NCBI GenBank assembly: GCA_022866885.1
Contig: JALHWS010000093.1
Coordinates: 1 to 27,253 of the forward strand
Source of the DNA: Candidatus Microgenomates bacterium
GTDB lineage: Bacteria; Patescibacteriota; Microgenomatia; 2-02-FULL-39-11
Direction: 5' to 3'
DNA length: 27,253 bases
Below are positions 23,340 to 27,253 of the stretch, one piece after another (positions within the stretch are counted from its first letter, which is position 1; each line of letters starts with the position of its first letter). The position numbers and the translations under genes were made by a program. The notes beneath the pieces were generated by a model, which was not told where the DNA came from, did no database searches, and was given only the letters and a program-made list of their open reading frames with translations.

Positions 23340-23663
23340 TTATTGGATAACTTTCTTAATCTCCTCCACCAGTGTCTCCTTACTCTGCACTCCAATCATC
23401 TGCTTGACGACATTCCCCTTATGAAAAATCATCAGGGTCGGGATGCTCATTACCTGATATTTGGAGGCGGTGGCCGGATTATCATCGACATTCAACTTGA
23501 CGACCTTCACTTTTCCTTCATATTCCTTGGTAATTTCCTCCAAAACCGGCATTTGCATCTGGCATGGCCCGCACCAAACGGCCCAAAAGTCCACCAATAC
23601 CGGTATTGCCGATTTGGTTACTTCCTCATCAAAATTTTTATCAGTAAGAGTAACTTCTGACAT
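23340..23663 (-). CDS. trxA: Thioredoxin
   Basis: VDFWAVWCGPC, VMSIPTL motifs; SD AAGGAGG 7 nt upstream. Confidence 0.96.
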   Translation of the reverse strand: MSEVTLTDKNFDEEVTKSAIPVLVDFWAVWCGPCQMQMPVLEEITKEYEGKVKVVKLNVDDNPATASKYQVMSIPTLMIFHKGNVVKQMIGVQSKETLVEEIKKVIQ

Positions 23664-23670
23664 ATATGCG

Positions 23671-23715
23671 CCTCCTTCAGCTTAACCATTTTAACAAAAT
23701 AAACAAATCATGCAA
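23671..23715 (-). promoter_or_regulatory. trxA-trxB promoter and SD
   Basis: Minus strand: TTGCAT (23715-23710), 16-nt spacer, extended -10 TGtTAAAAT (hexamer 23693-23688); AAGGAGG at 23677-23671. Confidence 0.6.
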
Positions 23716-23719
23716 TAGA

Positions 23720-24268
23720 CTATTTTTCCGTTTTTTCTTCATTTTTCTCCCAGTAAATTTTCATGGATTTTGCGTGCAAAATATCCGCCAGCCCGATGTT
23801 TCTGGCATGCAAGCAATATTCACGAAACACTGCAATAACTAAACTCAAACCTAACGGAATTATAACCCACCTGCCTGAAAACCATTGATTCAAATCCCCA
23901 AATGCATAAGTGAGAAGATAGATTAAGAAAAAATGTTCGATGATATTTGGAAACCAAACCAGGTATTTGGTATCAGATTTTACCAAACTGACGACCTGGC
24001 CGACCAAACGGATAATAAATAATACTGCAATAACCGGAAAAAGCGGTTTATTTGCAAAGAAAAGAAATATCCAGAAATACCACCAGAGATCGAGTATTTT
24101 GTCATAAAGGTGATATTGTTGCCAGCGGAGTTTTGCCCGGTAAGCGATATACCCGTCGCAGATATCTAAAATAGTGCTTGTTATCGTAACGATTATCGGA
24201 TAAGCAAATATAAATATGGGGACGATAATTCTTAATCCGCCAAAAATCAACAGCACTATCCCCCACAT
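23720..24268 (-). CDS. Polytopic membrane protein with a CDP-alcohol phosphatidyltransferase-like motif
   Basis: 182 aa, several TM helices; D-IC-DG-YI-A...D-KIL-D resembles DxxDGxxAR...GxxxDxxxD, with the R and G positions altered. Confidence 0.55.
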   Translation of the reverse strand: MWGIVLLIFGGLRIIVPIFIFAYPIIVTITSTILDICDGYIAYRAKLRWQQYHLYDKILDLWWYFWIFLFFANKPLFPVIAVLFIIRLVGQVVSLVKSDTKYLVWFPNIIEHFFLIYLLTYAFGDLNQWFSGRWVIIPLGLSLVIAVFREYCLHARNIGLADILHAKSMKIYWEKNEEKTEK

Positions 24269-24314
24269 ATCTTTATAATAACAAGAATATTTTTATTTAT
24301 ATATATTTTACCAT

Positions 24315-24369
24315 TTGACGTTTGGATTTTGGATTTGTTATTATATCCCTATCCCCCCCTAGGGGATAG
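24315..24369 (+). promoter_or_regulatory. csoR-copA promoter with CsoR-type operator
   Basis: TTGACG (24315-24320), 18-nt spacer, extended -10 TGtTATTAT (hexamer 24339-24344), then CTATCCCC-cccta-GGGGATAG (24349-24369), a C/G-tract palindrome like known CsoR operators. Confidence 0.75.
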
Positions 24370-24386
24370 AAGGAGGCAGAAATATT

Positions 24387-24662
24387 ATGAATCAAACATC
24401 CAGCAAATCATCAGTCATTCCAAGGTTGAAAATTGTCGAAGGGCATATCAAAAAAGTGAGGGAAATGGCGGAGAATGGAGTCTATTGCATAGACATCCTC
24501 CATCAGACACAGGCTGTCGAATCAGCTCTGCGGGAAATAGATAACATTATCCTTGAGAATCATTTAAACACCTGCGTCGTCAATTCCATAAAAAGGGGCA
24601 AAGCAAAAGAGGCCATCGATGAGATTATGACTGTCTTTAAAAAAACGAAAAAATCAAAATGA
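24387..24662 (+). CDS. csoR: Copper-sensing repressor CsoR family
   Basis: RLKIVEGHI...C.DIL.Q..AV.SAL......LENHLNTCV; Cys-His-Cys Cu(I) ligand pattern; adjacent to copA. Confidence 0.9.
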   Translation: MNQTSSKSSVIPRLKIVEGHIKKVREMAENGVYCIDILHQTQAVESALREIDNIILENHLNTCVVNSIKRGKAKEAIDEIMTVFKKTKKSK

Positions 24663-26920
24663 ACCATCAAAAATCAACCCAGCTGAAAACTATCACTTTC
24701 CCCATATCGGGCATGCACTGTGCGTCATGTGTGAAGTTAATCGAAAAATCACTCCAACACGTTGAGGGAGTCAGCGAAGCGTCAGTAAACCTCGCTTCCG
24801 AAAAGGCTACTGTCCGCTATGATGTTGATAAAACAAACCCTACCCTTTTGGCATCCGCTGTCTCACAGGCAGGCTATCAAGCGCTGATTGACAAAGATTT
24901 GAAAAATATTGATAGTCAGACGCTACAAAAACAAAAAGAACTCCGGATTCTCAGTCTCAAAGTCGCAATAAGCTTGTTGATTGCTGCTGTCTTGCTCTGG
25001 GGCAGTTTCCCGGTAATTTCCGACTTTGCCCCTCTTATTATCAGGAATTTCTGGCTGCAGTTTATTCTTGCCACCCCAATCCAATTCTGGGCCGGTTTTT
25101 CATTTTACCGGTCAGCCATCACCTCTCTCCGGCGTAAAACCGCCAATATGGACACATTGGTCGCGCTTGGTACCACCGTTGCCTATTTATATTCAATCTT
25201 CGTCACCATATTTCCAGATATCATAAGGAGACTGGGTGTGGAACCGATGCCCTATTTTGACACCTCCGTCACCATCATCGCCCTGATACTTTTGGGACAA
25301 TTCCTGGAAGCCAAGGCCAAAGCAAGGACTTCGGAGGCAATTCATAAACTCATCGGACTTCAGGCTAAAACAGCCAGAGTCATTCGGCACATCCAGAACA
25401 ATTTGGTAGAGACGGATATTCCCATAGAAGAAGTCATAATCGGAGATATTATCAGGATAAGACCGGGAGAAAAAATCCCTGTGGATGGCAAAATTACCGA
25501 CGGACAATCATCAGTTGACGAATCAATGATAAACGGAGAAAGCATGCCTGTTTTTAAAACCATGAATGATACGGTTATCGGAGGGACAATAAATAAGACC
25601 GGTACATTTACGTTCAAAGCCGACAAAATCGGCAAAGACACGATGCTCGCCCAAATTATCAGACTGGTTGAAGAGGCGCAAGGGTCGAAAGCTCCTATCC
25701 AAAGGCTGGCTGATATCATCTCTTCTTATTTCGTACCTGTTGTCATTATGCTGGCTATGGTAACTTTTATCATCTGGTATCTGTTTGGTCCGCAACCCGC
25801 TTTCTTATATGCCATATTAAACACGGTATCGGTCCTTATCATTGCCTGTCCCTGCGCTATGGGTCTGGCTACTCCCACCGCTATCATGGTGGGTACCGGC
25901 ATCGGCGCTACACACGGAATTTTGATAAAAGATGCCGAGAGTCTGGAAACAGCCCACAAAATAAACACCGTAATTTTTGACAAAACCGGCACTCTTACCC
26001 AAGGAAAACCTGTTGTCACTGATATTATTTCACCAGAACCTATTTTACAGCTTGCCGCTTCTTTGGAAAAAGGCTCCGAGCATCCGCTGGCTGAAGCGAT
26101 CGTAAAAAAGGCAGAAGAACAGGAGGTAAAATTTCTTCCCGTATCGGGATTTCACTCAATCACCGGTATGGGGGTTAGTGGGTCAGTGAACAATATGGAT
26201 ATGATATTAGGCAACAAAAAACTGATGGAAATAGAAAAAATTCCTCTTCAAGACTTCGACTATCATCTATCAGTACTTGAAGCTGAAGGAAAAACGGTAA
26301 TGATGCTCGCAGTCAAAAAACCCAAAGCTATAAATTTCAGCCTTGAAGGAATTATTGCCGTGGCCGATACAATCAAAGATTCAGCCATTGCAGGCATAAC
26401 AAAATTAAAAGAAATGGGAATAGAAGTAGTTATGATCACGGGTGACAACCAAAAAACAGCAGAGGCGATCGGGGAAAAACTAGGAATAGACAGGGTACTC
26501 TCGGAGGTTCTCCCCGATGATAAGAAAAATGAAGTCAGAAAAATACAAAAAGAAGGAAAGGTTGTTGCCATGGTTGGAGACGGGGTAAATGATGCGCCTG
26601 CTCTGGCCGCCTATGATGTCGGGATAGCCATGGGAACCGGTACGGATGTCGCCATAGAAGCTGCCAACATAACACTGATAAATAAAAACCTTACTTCCGT
26701 ATCCCGGGCCATCAGACTTTCCAAAAATACGATACGAACGATCAAGCTGAACCTTTTTTGGGCTTTTGCCTATAACATCATTCTTATCCCTGTGGCTATG
26801 GGAATACTTTATCCTTTCGCCAAAATCATGTTAAACCCGATCCTGGCGTCTCTGGCTATGGCTACAAGTTCTATCTCTGTTGTTTCGAATTCGTTACTTT
26901 TAAAAAGAAAAAAGATATGA
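24659..26920 (+). CDS. copA: Copper-translocating P1B-type ATPase
   Basis: [36 protein letters not shown] and MxxSS motifs. Confidence 0.95.
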   Translation: MNHQKSTQLKTITFPISGMHCASCVKLIEKSLQHVEGVSEASVNLASEKATVRYDVDKTNPTLLASAVSQAGYQALIDKDLKNIDSQTLQKQKELRILSLKVAISLLIAAVLLWGSFPVISDFAPLIIRNFWLQFILATPIQFWAGFSFYRSAITSLRRKTANMDTLVALGTTVAYLYSIFVTIFPDIIRRLGVEPMPYFDTSVTIIALILLGQFLEAKAKARTSEAIHKLIGLQAKTARVIRHIQNNLVETDIPIEEVIIGDIIRIRPGEKIPVDGKITDGQSSVDESMINGESMPVFKTMNDTVIGGTINKTGTFTFKADKIGKDTMLAQIIRLVEEAQGSKAPIQRLADIISSYFVPVVIMLAMVTFIIWYLFGPQPAFLYAILNTVSVLIIACPCAMGLATPTAIMVGTGIGATHGILIKDAESLETAHKINTVIFDKTGTLTQGKPVVTDIISPEPILQLAASLEKGSEHPLAEAIVKKAEEQEVKFLPVSGFHSITGMGVSGSVNNMDMILGNKKLMEIEKIPLQDFDYHLSVLEAEGKTVMMLAVKKPKAINFSLEGIIAVADTIKDSAIAGITKLKEMGIEVVMITGDNQKTAEAIGEKLGIDRVLSEVLPDDKKNEVRKIQKEGKVVAMVGDGVNDAPALAAYDVGIAMGTGTDVAIEAANITLINKNLTSVSRAIRLSKNTIRTIKLNLFWAFAYNIILIPVAMGILYPFAKIMLNPILASLAMATSSISVVSNSLLLKRKKI

Positions 26921-27253
26921 ATCTCTGGACAATTTTTTTAACAGGACTTCTGACCGGCGGGCTTACCTGCCTGGCGGTTCAGGGAGGCTTATTGGCTACC
27001 ACCATCGCCCAGACAGGTCAACGGAAGACAATTTCTGTCCTGGCATTTCTGACAGCTAAACTGTTTGTTTATTCAATTTTGGGCTTCCTTCTTGGTTGGT
27101 TCGGCTCATTTTTCCAAATGTCTATTACCACCAGAGTCATTTTGCAGATTGCGGTCGGTATTTTTATGATCGGGACAGCTCTCAATTTCTTAGACGTTCA
27201 CCCTATTTTCCGTTATTTCCTTATCCAGCCACCGAAATTCCTCACCCGGCTGA
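26917..27253 (+). CDS. DsbD_2 / TauE-SafE-like membrane protein, 3' end outside window
   Basis: Hand-translated [26 protein letters not shown]...[17 protein letters not shown]...HPIFRYF. ATGA overlap with the copA stop; the G..GG..C...GG motif is typical of copA-linked DsbD_2 proteins. Confidence 0.75.
   Translation, partial: MNLWTIFLTGLLTGGLTCLAVQGGLLATTIAQTGQRKTISVLAFLTAKLFVYSILGFLLGWFGSFFQMSITTRVILQIAVGIFMIGTALNFLDVHPIFRYFLIQPPKFLTRL

Noticed and set aside
21063-23663. Subtilisin + trxB/trxA as a novel functional system
   Set aside because: The genes are convergent, with separate promoters and ordinary, intact motifs; nothing beyond adjacency links them.
944-26571. Many short overlapping ORFs in the six-frame track (e.g. 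1569-1925, 2915-3391, 5784-6314, 20425-20865, 23343-23660)
   Set aside because: They are antisense or alternate-frame shadows of confidently identified genes, with no motifs or independent start signals.
1-27253. CRISPR array, rRNA, tRNA, tmRNA, IS transposase or prophage
   Set aside because: No regularly spaced direct repeats, no recognisable RNA gene hallmarks and no transposase, integrase or phage ORFs were seen by eye. Divergent RNA genes could be missed without cmscan.

Overview
A 27 kb chromosomal window of mostly housekeeping genes. The gene content suggests a Patescibacteria/CPR bacterium, probably Microgenomates; this is an inference from gene repertoire and small intergenic spaces, not a database result. 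Genes in order: SdpI-like immunity protein (partial) and SdpR-like repressor; DUF2130; a small Cys-rich protein; a CapA-family metallophosphoesterase; DUF5679 (missed by the ORF track); a DUF4446-DUF3048-wHTH/nucleotidyltransferase-AbrB-secD-secF run; a YqfO-like protein; a triple zinc-ribbon protein; cca; recJ; a short aspS; a D-Ala-D-Ala carboxypeptidase; gltX; rdgB; era; serS; a subtilisin; trxB; trxA; and a csoR-copA-membrane protein copper operon. No rRNA, tRNA, CRISPR array, integrase or transposase was found. The unusual content is non-coding. (1) A ~69-nt three-stem element occurs twice (19210-19278, upstream of era; 22287-22354, downstream of trxB). Its loops are nearly invariant, its stems differ by compensatory changes, and G-U wobbles favour the minus (sense) strand, so it is a candidate structured RNA or REP-like element that I do not recognise. 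(2) Several GTCAT-tagged and CCGCC-N3/4-GGCGG palindromic elements occur, one sitting in-frame inside serS and others overlapping stop codons. (3) Many promoters are placed to give leaderless mRNAs, including a 21-bp bidirectional cca/recJ promoter.
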